A stretch of DNA of 64,000 bases from assembly GCA_050950285.1 (NCBI GenBank), contig JBMNHG010000008.1, positions 620,001 to 684,000 of the forward strand, read 5' to 3'. Numbering within the stretch: the stretch's first letter is position 1; each line of letters begins with the position of its first letter. This DNA comes from Kiritimatiellia bacterium. Its GTDB lineage: Bacteria > Verrucomicrobiota > Kiritimatiellia > RFP12 > JBMNHG01. A program made the position numbers and the translations under genes. Under the pieces are notes generated by a model. The model was not told the origin of the DNA, made no database searches, and saw only the letters and a list, made by a program, of their open reading frames with translations. This document shows, in pieces, positions 63,012 to 64,000 of this stretch.

Positions 63012-64000
63012 CTATCGGATGAAGAGGATGGTGCCTTGCGGGCACTGGAACTCGTAGGCGCCGATGTCGTAGCGGCGCATCGAGGGGCGGCGCCTCCCGA
63101 GGATGTCGCGGAAGAGGCCCGCCTCCGCCACGGAGTTCGTGCCGGCATTGATGGCGGGCGAGAATTCCGCGAGGGAATAAGGGTTCGCCGTGTCGGCGGC
63201 ATTGAACATCGGATCGACGCTTGCGTCGCCCCAGAGGTTGCCGCCGAGGTCGTCGAGGAACGGACCGTCCCGGGTGTAGCGGGCGTCGTGCGGGATGTAG
63301 GCGTCGCCGGCGGTGTTGCCGTAGAAGAGGCAGCAGGCGAGGGAACCGCAGACGTCGGTGTTCGGGGGCGATTCGCCCACGCCGGCGTTGGCCTTGTAGA
63401 CGCCGTAGCCGGCGTTGTTCGCGACGATGGTGTTCACGAGGATGGGCTCGGTGTAGTCGCGGTCTTCGGCGCCGCCGTTGGCGTTGCAGAGGACGCCGTG
63501 GGCGCCGTTGTCCGCGACGGTGCAGTTGAAGAGGCGGCATTCGCCGGACTTGGAGCGTCCGTAGGTGACCCAGTTGTGGTCGAAGCTGAGGCCGGAGCCG
63601 GCGTTGTTCGCGATGACGCAGTTCCGGAACTCGATGTCCTCCTTCGATTCGTGGGGACTGCTGACGCCGTAGTGGTTGCCGGTGATCCGGCAGCTTTCGA
63701 TCACGTTGCCCTCGACTTCGCCGAAGAGTCCGACGCCGCCGGAATAGAGCTGGAGGTTGTTGGCGAAGACGAACGTGCCTCCGGTCAGCGTCAGGTTCTC
63801 GACGAGGTTCGAGCAGCCGCCCACGAAGAAGGCGAGCGGCGAGCCGTTGTTTGCGCCCGTGACGGTGGTGGGGTTCGCGGCGGGGTTGCACGCCCAGGTG
63901 GCGGGGTCGTATCCGCCCTGGAGGGTCATGCCGTGCTTGTCGAGGCCGATTTCGATGTTGTCGGCGTACGTGCCTCCGGCGATCTTCAGCACGCCGCCGG
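63012..64000 (-). CDS. Secreted right-handed beta-helix protein, choice-of-anchor-Q-like end (3' part; 5' end beyond the window)
   Basis: Repeated N-C-x-I/V-A-x-N turns; FSPAINAG..YDIGAYE; terminal PQGTILFIR. Confidence 0.75.
   Translation of the reverse strand, partial: GGVLKIAGGTYADNIEIGLDKHGMTLQGGYDPATWACNPAANPTTVTGANNGSPLAFFVGGCSNLVENLTLTGGTFVFANNLQLYSGGVGLFGEVEGNVIESCRITGNHYGVSSPHESKEDIEFRNCVIANNAGSGLSFDHNWVTYGRSKSGECRLFNCTVADNGAHGVLCNANGGAEDRDYTEPILVNTIVANNAGYGVYKANAGVGESPPNTDVCGSLACCLFYGNTAGDAYIPHDARYTRDGPFLDDLGGNLWGDASVDPMFNAADTANPYSLAEFSPAINAGTNSVAEAGLFRDILGRRRPSMRRYDIGAYEFQCPQGTILFIR

Overview
GC-rich bacterial chromosomal window with gene content typical of the PVC superphylum (inferred, most like Kiritimatiellia/Verrucomicrobiota: a PEP-CTERM protein, an Akkermansia Amuc_1098-1102-like pilus/secretin operon, eukaryote-type UDP-GlcNAc pyrophosphorylase). 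Most of it is housekeeping: bamA, maf, tRNA-Leu, hisC, cobS, nifJ/PFOR, ftsH, nth, coaE-rho-tig-clpP-clpX and tRNA-His. The main accessory feature is a ~5.75-kb segment (34139-39891) bounded by two ~150-bp, ~94% identical elements in inverted orientation. Each element has its own terminal inverted repeats and an internal head-to-head REP-like doublet. They enclose a ~1480-aa secreted multidomain protein ending in a trypsin-like protease domain and a small PEP-CTERM protein, which suggests a transposase-less composite mobile or invertible cassette. Other notable items: an orphan glycyl radical enzyme with non-canonical motifs, a ~2745-aa secreted TPR/Ig-repeat protein upstream of the pilus operon, a TMEM260/DUF2723-like TPR membrane protein with apparently degenerate catalytic motifs, a Rho with a long Gln-rich N-terminal extension, and one +1 frameshifted gene. 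All family assignments come from motif recognition by eye; no database searches were run.
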